Source: Mobula hypostoma
Lineage: Eukaryota
NCBI RefSeq assembly: GCF_963921235.1
Contig: NC_086097.1
Coordinates: forward strand, 224,008,001-224,072,000
Direction: 5' to 3'
Length of the DNA stretch: 64,000 bases
Position 1 is the first letter of the stretch. Every line of letters starts with the position of its first letter. The position numbers and the translations under genes were made by a program. Below, one piece after another: positions 1 through 11,557 of this stretch. Under the pieces are notes generated by a model. It was not told the origin of the DNA. It saw only the letters and a list, made by a program, of their open reading frames with translations, and ran no database searches.

Positions 1-240
1 AGGTAGAGAATACATAAATTTCCTATCCTTTCAGGAAGCTGTTTCACTGCATAATCATATTATGGTGGATCTAATCTGATAGTGGAGTGAAGTAGGGTCA
101 TATTTCAGAGTGGAAATGCCTGATTTGGCTTGAATTAGATTGCGACATCAATTTACATCAGATTGCTTGATACTAAAGTGAAAATTGAGACGAAACCAGG
201 TTAGCTTAAAAGCAGACATTCCTGTCTCTGTTGTACTTAG

Positions 241-493
241 ACATAGATGAGGAAGAATTTCTTTAGCCACAAGGTAGTGAATCTGGAATTCATTAACACA
301 GGCAGCTGTGGAAGTCATTGGGTACATTTAAGATTGAGGTTAAAGGGTTCTTAACTAGTAAGGGCATTGAGGGTTAAGGGTAGAAGGCAAGAGGACGGGG
401 TTGGGGGATAATAAATCAACCATGATGGAATGGTGGAGCAGAATCGATGGGCCAAATGGCCTATTTCTGCTCCTACATCATATGGTCTTACGG
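241..493 (+). mobile_element. CR1-type LINE 3' end fragment
   Basis: aatttctttagcca...gtgaatctggaatt (NFFSQRVVNLWN-like) followed by the CR1 3'UTR gggccaaatggcctatttctgctcct and a tatggtct tail. Confidence 0.8.
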
Positions 494-851
494 TATACTT
501 AGGCTAACAGTATCACCAAGAATGCCTGCTACACTGGCCATTCCCCTTTCTCTGTTCTACTTTCTGCAAGAAGATACAGGAGTTTGAAATCCTGGATGTC
601 CACACTTATTGACCCCTTTGAATCAATCCCCTTCTCGTGGTACTGCAATGCTCTCATACTTTTAACCTCACCTCTCTTGGTTGTTCTGTTATTGTTATTT
701 TTTGCACTATTTCAGATTGCACTACAACCTGTATACCATTCTTCTGTTTTACACTCGCTGTTGTATTTATTATTACCATGTGTACTGTTTACTCTGCACA
801 CTTCACGTGAGCAAAGAATTTCACTGCACTATTTTATGTAATAAACTAAAG

Positions 852-1095
852 CAGTGGTCCCCAACCTCCGGGCCGTGGACTGATACATTGCCGCGAAGAA
901 CGAAGTGGTGCAGCAGTAGTCAGAACGCACCCAGCACATCTTTAAGAAAAAAGCCGAAATAAACAACCTAATTAATTAACTTGTTTATTTCAGCTTTTTT
1001 CTTAAAGATGTGCTGGGTACATTCCGACTACCGCTGCCCCACTGCATTCTTCGCGGCAATGTATCGGTCTGCAGCCCAGATGTTGGGGACCACTG
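852..1095. mobile_element. hAT-type foldback MITE
   Basis: Ends CAGTGGTCCCCAAC...GTTGGGGACCACTG. The whole 244 bp is a near-perfect palindrome. 8-bp TSD AACTAAAG/AACTGAAG. Confidence 0.88.
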
Positions 1096-1583
1096 AACTG
1101 AAGTTTGAACATCCCGTACCTGAAATTCCAAAATCGAAAACCTCCGAAATCCGGAAGCAACTCGGAAGGTTCCCAGGCAATTGGCAGGTCTCTGCACACC
1201 ATGGGCAGTACTAAGAAGTGACCTCACATATGTAATTAACAAAAGTTAATGAAAATAGAAAAACACGGTGTAAAGCGAGAAATGAAGATCTTGATTGTGT
1301 ATTGAAAGAGTGGATTCATCAGCATCGGAGTGCACACATGCCACTTAACGGTATGCTAATCATGAAACAAGCAAAGAACTATCATGACAAACTGAAAATT
1401 GAAGGAAATTGTGAATATTATGAAGATTGGTTGCAGACATTTAAGAAAAGGCACCGTATTAAAGTTTCAAAGATTTAAAAAATTTTAAAGATTATGTGCC
1501 TGCTGATCACAAAGCAGCAGGGAAATTGATGAGTTCACCAAGATTATCGCTGATGAAAATCTAACACACTGAGCAGCTGCATA

Positions 1584-2925
1584 TAGACAACAGACAATAG
1601 ACAATAGGTACAGAAGTAGGCCATTCGGCCCTTCGAGCCAGCACCACCATTCACTGTGATCATGGCTGATCATCCACAATCAGTATCCAGTTCCTGCCTT
1701 ATCCCCATAACCTTTGATTCAAGATTCAAAGATTCAAAAACTTTATTGTCATTCTAAGCGTACATCAGCTCTGAAGGGCAGAATGAGACAGCGTTTCTCA
1801 GGAGCAGTGCAATCATAACATAACAAACGCAACACTAAATAATAAACATAACAATAAATAGTAAAACACAACAGCCACATGTCAGTTAAAATCAAGTTAT
1901 AAGTGTCCAGTGCAAGTTAAAAGTATCCAAAGCAGAGTCAGGTACAGCAGCTATTTAGCAGTCTGACTGCCTGCGGGAGGAAGCTGTTTAGTAGCCTTGT
2001 AGTTTTAGTTTTGATGCTCCTGTAACATTTGCCTGATGGCAGAAGAACAAACAGTTCATGGAGAGGGTGTGAGGGGTCTTTAATGATGTACTGTGTCTTC
2101 TGGAGGCATTGACTCTGAAAGAGGTCTTGGACAGATTCCGCTATCTTTAAGAGCTCTATCCATCTCTTTCTTGAAAGCATCCAGAGACTTGGCCTCCACA
2201 GCCTTCTGGGGCAGAGCATTCCACATATCCACCACTCTCTGGGTGAAAAAGTTTTTCCTCAACTCCGTTCTAAATGGCCTTATTCTTGAACTGTGGCCTC
2301 TGGTTCTGGACTCACCCATCAGCGGGAACATGCTTCCTGCCACCAATGTGTCCAATCCCTTAATAATCTTACATGTTTCAATAAGATCCCCTCGCAGCCT
2401 TCTAAGTTCCAGAGTATACAAGCCCAGCTGCTCTAATCTTTCGACATATGACAGTCCCGCCATCCCGGGAATTAACCTCGTGAACCTATGCTGCACTCCC
2501 TCAATAGCAAGAATGTCCTTCCTCAAATTTGGAGACAAAACTGCACACAATAGTCCAGGTGTGGTCTCACAAGGGCCCTGTACAGCTGCAGAAGGACCTC
2601 TTTGCTCTTATACTCAATTCTCCTTGTTATGAAGGCCAGCATGCCATTAGCTTTCTTCACTGCCTTGCATGCTTGCTTTCAGTGACTGATGTACAAGAAC
2701 ACCTAGATCTCATTGTACTTCCCCTTTTCCTAACTTGACTCCATTTAGATAATAATCTGCCTTCCTGTTCTTACCACCAAAGTGGATAACCCTCACATTC
2801 ATCCACATTAAACTGTATCTGCCATGCATCTGCCCACTCACCCAGCCTGTCCAAGTCGCCCTGCATTCTCATAACATCCTCCTCACATTTCACACTGCCA
2901 CCCAGCTTTGTGTCATCGGCAAATC
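1584..2925 (-). mobile_element. CR1 LINE 3' portion (RT C-terminus and 3'UTR), interrupted at ~1721-2133
   Basis: ORF 2080-2550: LYTLELRRLRGDLIETCKI...TRGHS...NFFTQRVVDMWNALP. Tail of (attgtct)n. Confidence 0.9.
1721..2133 (-). mobile_element. Rex1/Babar-like LINE 3' fragment nested in CR1
   Basis: IIKDPSHPLHELFVLLPSGKCYRSIKTKTTRLLNSFLPQAVRLLN. Tail of (tgaatctt)n. Flanking GATTC duplication. Confidence 0.8.
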
Positions 2926-3524
2926 GACAGATCTGTGTGATGAACAAGTGTAAGACAAAAACTGATTACCGGTAGCACAGAAATTCAGTCAAGAAAGATG
3001 GTGATGCCAAACAGCCATTGATTGTCAACCTGTGTGACCAAGGTAGCGAAAGCTTACCTTTCTGACTGTTCAATGTAAACACGATTGTTTCATGCACAAA
3101 ATTACTAAAAATACTATGTAAAACGACCTTCTGGGTCTATGTATAAGCAGTATATGTAACGCAAAGGGATTTCGTTTTTAGACCTGGGTCCATCCCAAGC
3201 TATCTCATTATATAGATGCAAATATTCCAAAATCCAAAAAAATCTGAAATCTGAAACACCTCCAGCCCCAATCATTTTAAATAAGGGGTGTGCAACCTGT
3301 AGTCTGAATCTGACGCTGCTGGACTGCCTCCAGCATTTTCTGTGAGTGATGCTGAAGATTTGCAGCATCTGCAGAACCTCCTGTGTCTTTATGTGTCGGG
3401 TTAGATGCATAGTATTATTTGTGTTAACTACTGAAGGAAAGGAATTGCAACAAAGTCAGTAATTACAGCTGGGATAATTTTTGAAGGATGCTATCTTACT
3501 GAAGAGTTACTGTATTTATGTTGA

Positions 3525-4256
3525 TTAGAGACACAGCATGGGAAGAGGCCCTTCCAGCTCTACAAGCCTCTGCTGCCCAATCACACTCATATGACCAATT
3601 AACCTAATTTTCCATTCGTTTGGTACACCGCAAGTTCGATTCACTGATTTATTGGGTGAGAGCAGGGGCGGATGGCGGGGGGAGGGGGGGGTCTCCCTGG
3701 CCTCGGTCATAAGGACATCTCGGCCTGAAGCCACTGTGTTGTCTGCTCGCAGCCGCCAGAGTGAGGAGACGAAGCCATTGCACCTCACTGGGGGCTGGCG
3801 TGGCATTGCGCCCAGAACAGAGTCGGAACTGCCCTCCCAGGGTTTTGCGCGGAGCTCAACGGACTCGGGCCTCAAACCACGGGGGGTCGTTTGCTTTTCA
3901 GCTGCCAGGAGAGAGGCGCCTGAGCTGTCCTGTTCTACTAGGGGTGGTGCTTGTACGTGCAAGGACTGAGCATCAAGCTGCCGTGTCATAGTGGGGGGGG
4001 GGGTGCAGTTGGTAATGTGCAACGGTGGTAACGTGTCTCATTTGGCTGCACTCTGAGTATTCAGGTAGGGTTGAATGACAATTAAACTTGAACTGAATTG
4101 AATTTTTGCAACGTGGGAGGAAATGGGAGCGCCAGAGAGAAACCCATGCAGTCACGAGGAGAATGTACAAACTCTCTAAAGACAGTGGCAGGAATTGCAC
4201 CCGGGTTACTGGCGCTGTAATGGCATTATGTTAACCACTAAGCCACAGTGCCACCC
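3525..4256 (-). mobile_element. tRNA-derived HE1/V-type SINE interrupted by a GC-rich insert (~3622-4105)
   Basis: On the minus strand, tRNA-like head ggtggcactgtggcttagtggtta..., central tgcatgggtttc motif and a CR1-like 3' tail. Confidence 0.65.
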
Positions 4257-5292
4257 CAACTATCCCTCAGCAGACAACTTCGGATAAGTTCATTTTGCTG
4301 CCTGGCAGAACTGCATGCCAGATTTTTATCCATGGGCCAAGAAATTACTCTGTAGCACCTGTTCAGATATCATGGGTCGCTTTGAGGTGTGTGCTAAGTT
4401 CCACCATATCGCAGACTCTGCACACACTTGCCAGTGGGGCTCTATGCTAAGCTCCAGTATTGCTGGATTCTGCCAGAATACCCATCACGACAAAATTTCC
4501 TGCACCTGCCTTGCCACTGGGGTTCAGAACATGCAGGTTTAAAATTAGTACACCGAGCATTGTGCTTGTGTTCATTCCAGAGCCACAAAGTTACCAGTTA
4601 TAAGAATATGCAGTGTCGTTGGGAGGAACACATCATGAAATATGAAACACTTCAATACCTTAAGAATAAAAGCTAAGATAGTGGAAAGTGATATCTGTTT
4701 CTCATCTCATTGTAAACCCGTGGGAAAACACAGCTATCCACCTCCGCCAAATGTGTTCAATTCCAGAGCCAGGGCTACAGACGCTATTTTTTGCAAGACC
4801 AGGGGTGGAGTGGGTGTGGGGTAAAACACTGGTTAAAGGCGCAGGGGGAGAAAAAAAGCTTTCTAACAACCATCTGCTGAAATTATAACAGCCAATTGGG
4901 AAAACCCTGTGAAAGTGCTAAGCACTGTAGGTGGGCCTTCTCTAGATATTAAATTGGGTAAAGTGAGCACTGGCCATTTCTATGCGTGGTCTTGCATTTG
5001 GAAATATGCCTGCATTTCCTTATGTATTATTCAGCAGTGTGGCCCAGTATAGTACAGTAAGACATTAATGTTATTTTGTTGTGGATATTATGGCTTGGAA
5101 ATACCACAAAATTCCGCTGACCACTCCTGTAATCCCAATGGGAGACAAAGGGAAACGGAACCTGTTGCCCCTGACTTGAAGTCACCAAGGCTTCTAATGG
5201 TCTCTTGCTGGAATTGGCTTGCAGAAAAGATGCCATGGTAGTGTAGTAGTTAGCGCAATGCTATTACAGCTCGGGGCGCATTCATACATTCA

Positions 5293-5296
5293 TGTG

Positions 5297-5351
<55 letters not shown>
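5293..5351. repeat. (TG)n microsatellite
   Basis: About 29 TG units with one interruption, inside a SINE head. Confidence 0.97.
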
Positions 5352-5353
<2 letters not shown>

Positions 5354-6309
5354 CCTCCAGTTGTCACAGAGTTATGGAAAAGTACAGCACAGACACAGGC
5401 CCCTCGGCCCATCTAGTCCATTCTGAAACCATTTAAACTGCCTCCTCCTATCGACCCGCACCCGGACCATAGCCCTCCAAACCCCTACCATCCACGTACC
5501 TATCTAAACCCTTCTTCAGGCCAGAAGGGTCTCGGCCCGAAACGTTGACTGTTCACCCTTTTCCATAGATGCTGCCTGACCTGCTGAGCTCTTCCAGCAT
5601 TTTGTGTGTTGCTTTAGATTGGTATCATGATTAGCAAGGGCGTAATAGGCTGTAGGGCCTGTTCCTGTGGCCTTTCTTCTGCACCTACCCTCAGTTACAT
5701 CTACCCAGCCTATTCTAAGACAAGCAGGAAATCCTTCAGTAAGTCAAGACTAGATTTGAACGCTATACCACTCCACTTTACATTCGGCCTATTGCTCGTT
5801 TTACAGCTGGGGACATTAAATAGTTAATCACAGGGGAACAGAGGCATTTTGAAAGCTATGTCCACAGACCTCTGCAGATAGGACAGGTACATAAGACGGC
5901 ATGTGGGATACTTTCTCATATTGGCTGAAGCAGAGAGATCACACAAAAGATGTTTGAAACATTGGTGACGACTGCATACAAGTCTGATGACCACACAAGA
6001 ATGATGCAATAATTCTGGACAGAGATGATCTACTCAGATGTTGTGAGATTTGGAGAATTATTGTTATGTGTAACCATCGAACTGAGGCCTTTTAAATAGG
6101 GAAAAGGATTGAAGGGAGATTTAATAGAAGTGTACGAAAACAGTAAAGGGTAACTGAAAAGGATCTATTTCCAATAGAAGAGACAGCGTTAAAGAGAGGA
6201 CATAGATTTAAGGCAATTTGTAGAAGACCTACAGGGAAATCTGAGAAAATATCTCTGCCTTAAAGCACTGTTTGACAGTCACAACAAATATAAACCTGTG
6301 GGCCCTAGA

Positions 6310-6595
6310 AACCACTACGCTACCATGGCCCCCACAGCTCATGACGTTGGAGTTTGGAGTTCAATACTGGCGTCCTCCGTAAGGAATTCGTACATTCTTC
6401 TCGTGACAGTGTGGGTTTCCTCCGGGTGCTCTAGTTTTCTCTCACAGTCCAAAGACGTACTGTTTAGTAAGTTAATTGGTCATTGTAAATTGTCCCGTGA
6501 TTAGGCAAGATAGGTGGGTTGCAGGGTGGCGCAAGGCCGGAAGGGCCTGTACCATGCTGTATATCTAAGTTAGTAAACAAATAAATAAATAATAA
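6310..6595 (+). mobile_element. HE1/V-type SINE, degenerate
   Basis: gtgggtttcctccgggtgctctagttttctctcacagtccaaagacgtac core, gccggaagggcctgt 3' end and (aaat)n tail. Confidence 0.7.
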
Positions 6596-6775
6596 AAGCC
6601 TACAGGGCAAAGGACCAAGAACAGGGAGGTGGGACTAACCTACAGTCCGTTCTTGAGTGGTGTAGATGGGCGAGAAGGCCTTCTCCTTTGTCCTAAGTTT
6701 CTACCATTCTACAATGAGAATTTTTTCCTGCTGTGCCTGACTTTGCATCAAAGCTGGTTGATAGATGGTTAAGTA

Positions 6776-7015
6776 GAACGCAGACAAAATAACAGACGGA
6801 CTCAACAAGTCAGGCAGTATCTATGATGGAGAACGTGCAGTTGACATTTCGGGCCAAGACTCTTCATCGGGACCAGATAATATCTGCAATACACAGGCCT
6901 CAGCTTGAAACATTAACTATTCATTCCTTTCCATTGATGCTGCCTGACTTGCTCAGGTCCTCCAGTATTTGTGTGGATGTTGCTCAAGATTTCCACCATT
7001 TGCAGAACCTCTTGA
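6776..7015. mobile_element. Inverted pair of Penelope-like terminal repeats
   Basis: Minus-strand copy (ccgatgaagagtcttggcccgaaatgtcaac) faces a plus-strand copy (gatgctgcctgacttgctcagg...ccagtatttgtgtg). Same family at ~5524-5620, ~8470-8600 and ~29105-29280. Confidence 0.6.
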
Positions 7016-8679
7016 TTTGATGGTTATGTGGGCTTTTTGTACTTTTTTGACATGTGTGCAGACTATGAGAGAACTGCACCTTAAATTCTTTCCCAATCTG
7101 TAATGATCCAGTGGACAAGTCAGAACAAAAATTGGCAACGTCTTCTACCTTTAATGAGTTTAAACAAAACACTTCCTGCTAATCCCGATTTGAATAAAAT
7201 GAATGTGTCTTCGAGGTGATAAGTGACCAGCTTTCTGTCAGCTTCTTCCTGTAAGTGGCAAACTTCCACCAAGTGACTTGACTTCTTTATACATCCTGCT
7301 GCCTGCGGCAACTTAAAATGCAGAATGGATATACATTGTTCTACCACACACTATTTTCAAATCAATTTTCTGATGTATGTGTGGCCTCTGAAGCTTTAAA
7401 GTGTCCTCGGCTCTCATTTTCCAGCCATGGCTATTTTGAAACTGAAATTAACTTCACCCAATGTCTGCAAGTCCAGGGCCACTATCTGGAGGTCGGAGGC
7501 CTCATGGGACCACATTGTGGGGTTGGAAGTGTCTCTGTGTGCGGTGGGGGTGGGGGTGGGAAAGGGGTTTGTTGTGCTGTTGTTGCTCGCTGTGCATTGT
7601 TCTGTTGAATATCGCGGGCATGCTATGTTGCTCCCGAATATGTGGCGACTCTTGCGGGCTAACACCAGTACATCTTCAGCTGGTGTTGGTTGCTAAAGCA
7701 AAGGACATATTTCGCTGTACGTTTCGATGTACACGTGATTAGTAAATAAATCTAATCTAATCTGATCCCACAAATGAAAATATCTTATCAAATGAAAATA
7801 TCAAACTGATTAAAAGAAACAAATGAAAAGTACTAATTTACCAAAACTGGATCTGGGATTTTGCTAACTTGGGAATGCCAAGGCCTACAGGGTGAATTCA
7901 GTTTGCAGTGGGCAAATGAATTCAGAGCCAATACTGGATTCCAGCAAGCTGTAGTGAAGTTGCAGCATCTTTAGACTAACTTAATCCTTTCACTATTCAA
8001 CAGGGCCCATGCCAACAGATGGGAATTCTGCTAATGCCCATCAAGATCAGAACACCAAAAAATCCCAAGTAAACTGAGTAAACCCTCAGACCTGCATCCC
8101 CGATGAGCAGGGTGGAAAAGGGGTCACTGGCACATGAGACCGAATTCTAGTGGCAGGAGTTACATTTTAAAATCCCAGTTTTTTCACGTGAATATTCTGG
8201 ATCTAATGACATGGCACTTGTTTTTGAGGTAAAAATTCACAGAAGGAGAAACTTAATCCAGAGGTAAACATGGTGCACACTGCCCAAGATGAAATAAAAG
8301 ATGTTTGGGACAGCAAAATTGAAAAAGTTGTCTTTCAGTATTGCAATAGTATCTCTGTGAGATTTTTATATGGTTTCAATAATGTATGGAATTTTCTGTG
8401 TATTTCTATTCAATATTCATTTTAGCCAATCAATCTACATGTACAGGAAGTCAGAGGAGGAATTACTGGAAACAAGAAAATCTGCAAATGCTGGAAATCT
8501 GAGCATCACGCATGAAATGCTGGAAGAACCCAGCAGGCCAGGCAGCATCTGTGGAAAAGAGCACAGTCAATGTTTCTGGCTGAAACCCTGCGGCAGGAAT
8601 TATTAGAATTGTGTACATTAATTAGGCCTCAAAAACACAAATGGCTATATTTCTAAAGGTTGACTTTTGCAATAGATTT

Positions 8680-8995
8680 AAGACCATAAATCATAGGAGC
8701 AGAATTAGGCCATTGGCCCCATCAAGTCTTCTCCGCCATTTGATCATGTCTGATTTATTTTCCCACTCAACTCCATTCCCCTGCCTTCTTCTCGTAACGT
8801 TTGATGCCCTTACTAATCAAGAAACTATCAACCTCCGCTTTAAATATACCCAACGACTTGGCCTCCACAGCCATCTGTGGCAATGAATTCCACAGATTTA
8901 CCACACTCTGGCTACAGAAATTCCTCTTCATCTCTGTGCGCCTATCAATTTTGAGGCTGTAACCTATGGTCCTAGACTCTCCCAGTACTGTAAAT
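8680..8995 (-). mobile_element. CR1 LINE 3' fragment
   Basis: agcagaattaggccattggccc...ctccacagccatctgtggcaatgaattccacagatt is the reverse complement of a CR1 3' end. Confidence 0.8.
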
Positions 8996-9242
8996 ACCTT
9001 TTTAATGTCTTTTTATCATTCACAAATATAGCAACTTCAAAATAAACAAACATGCAAATAACAAATTGCAAAACTTTTGGACAATTGAGTTCCAAGTTCA
9101 CCAAGGTTTAAATTACAATGTTAGATACATTCAATAAAACAAGTTCCTGAGGCAATGAATTAACAAAATATTTCTTTCACATTTCTAATTATAAAGAAAC
9201 TATTACTCTGAATGTCACATCAATATTTAGCCAAATTTTATG

Positions 9243-9472
9243 AGTATTTTTTTCTAAACTAACAAATTGAGTTTTGAAGTCAATAAATTACTCATAGTGT
9301 TATAGAAAAAAAGTTACTTTTTTTAATCAAATATAATCAGCCACTTAGTCGTTTAATTGAAAATAGTATAATAGTATTTTTTTCTAAACTAACAAATAGA
9401 GTTTTGAAGTGAATAAATTACTTTCTTAATCAAACATAATTAGCAACATGGTCATTTATATGAGAAAAATAT
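9243..9472. repeat. Local tandem duplication, ~130-bp period
   Basis: agtatttttttctaaactaacaaat(t/a)gagttttgaagt(c/g)aataaattact occurs at 9243 and 9373. Confidence 0.85.
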
Positions 9473-11557
9473 TACGCACTAAGATTTTAAATTTTATTAA
9501 TGAAAGATGTGCTACTGTGTTAAAACATAAGCATGCAAAGTCCAGACTGGAACTGAGATGCGCTTGAAGTGATTAAATTGAAATCAGCTTTTGCCTTTAC
9601 CTCATGAAATAAAGACGCATGAACCTTTGCAGACTCAAAGATATAATACAGAAGACTAAAACAAAACTATGACTTTCAATAGTAACTTGGAACTACAAAG
9701 TTTAAATACTTTGGATACCATACATGAAAGCCTTGCAGAGTAATTCTGAAGTGCATATAATAGGACTTGAGTACTCCTGCCAGATTTGGCTTTAGGAGTC
9801 AAATGTAAAATGCACCGTGGCAGTTGAAATTTTCATTGAATCAGCAGTCTGCTTGGTGATAAACATAATCTGTATAAAACTCTGAGCAGATGACAGCACA
9901 GTAGAGATGGGCTTCAATATCAGCTGTTAGTCCACTATATCCCTGACTATATTCCTGTCAACTGCTGATAAGCAAACTCGTGCATTGCCTTATTTAGTAA
10001 GAGTTCTCTGCTGACACGCCAAAGTAACACGTGTATTCCGCTCATCTTAAGGAGTTCTTACTAACCAAACATTTTTTATTTACAAAGTGCAAAACAAATT
10101 TGCCTTTAAAACCCGAAAACTTGTCCACTTGTAACATTTAAAAAGTGAAAGATCATTTCAGTGAGGTTATACCTGCAATTGCAAGGATTCCAAAGGCTCA
10201 GTAATGATTTAGGAAGAAATCATTGTCACAATATTCCTTTATGAACTGGTGAAGTTGTGTTTTTACTTACAGATCTTAAGTATGCAGAATATCATTGGAA
10301 TCATAAGGGCACAGAGGGAGGGCACTTAGCTTATTAAGCAAGGACAATTCTTTGTAGAGAAATGTCATCATTCCCATATCCTTATTCTCTTCCTGCAGAC
10401 CTACAAATTATTTTCTGCTGAATTCCCTTTGAAAGCCCTCCACTCCTATCACTTTTCAGCATTGAATGTCATTATCTACTTTGAAAGTATGGGTGAAACA
10501 TCTGGCATTTACTTCAGTATCTCGTACTAACATGACATATTTTGCAAGTCAAGCTTTTATCTATGCAAAAGATTGCAACTGTGGTCAACAGAATGTATAT
10601 TTTTTTCATTAGATCTGCTATCCTCCCAATTAAATGTTGGAGGATCTCCAGTTTCTCTTTTTGAAAAAAAATTGTTCAGTTATTGCCTTCAAATGCACAC
10701 ACTTACGTAGTTTTAACAGATTAAAACAGATGAACGATAATAATTCTGCAGCTTATAGCCAACCAGATCTATTCAAATGAGGGCACTTATACTCCCTGAT
10801 AGAATGTTACCAACATCTAAATATTATAGGGTTTTAAAATTTTATTACAGTAGTTCACCTTCAACTGAACAAGGCAAACATTAAATAGATCTACAGTTAC
10901 ATTAAACTACCCTTTTTGAGATTATTTACAACAGCTACTTCAACATCAATGCAAGTTTTCTTGTATTAACTGAAATAATCAAGATCATGTAATCTGGCGT
11001 GTCCTTCCAAAATCCTTTAAATTCCAACTTAATTGTATTCTTCCAAAGCAAGACTTTGTTTAGAAAGGCTAGACATTTAGCAATGGGTTTCAATATGGAG
11101 AAGATTCACAAAGAGGCTAAAGCAGAAATCTAAACCATACAGATAGCATGCACGAAGAGCTTTGGCATTATTACATCTTTGTGACAGGTATAGAAGTACA
11201 ATTCTGTGTCAAACTGAAGTATATTATATCTCCAATCTCAGCCCCATTCACTTTCATTCAATGGACCCTTACCAAGTCCATCGCTTTAGCCATAAGTGAG
11301 CATGTTCAGATTGGTTACAGATTGTTAAGCATAAACATTGTTACCAAACCTAATGGCAAGAATGTGGAACTTAACCTTTACTTTCCTCTATAAAGACAAA
11401 AAGTGGCAGAAATCCCAAATTAAATTCCCTGTCAACTTTCTTTACACATAGAAATTGTATGCTCCAGAATCTGACAAGAAGGAGCAGATTCAATGTGGAG
11501 CAAGGTGAGAAACTCCTCCTCTCTACACATGCAATAAAGTGGAGTTAGTCAATTGTA

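Larger units (their letters stand above)
1101..3299 (+). mobile_element. Tigger/pogo-family DNA transposon relic (Tigger4/Zombi-like), split by nested LINEs
   Basis: 1250-1570 encodes a decayed CENP-B-type HTH (RNEDLDCVLKEWIHQHRSAHMPLNGMLIMKQAK...WLQTFKKRH). 2926-3299 is the 3' part, ending ...gtgcaacctg followed by TA. Confidence 0.8.
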
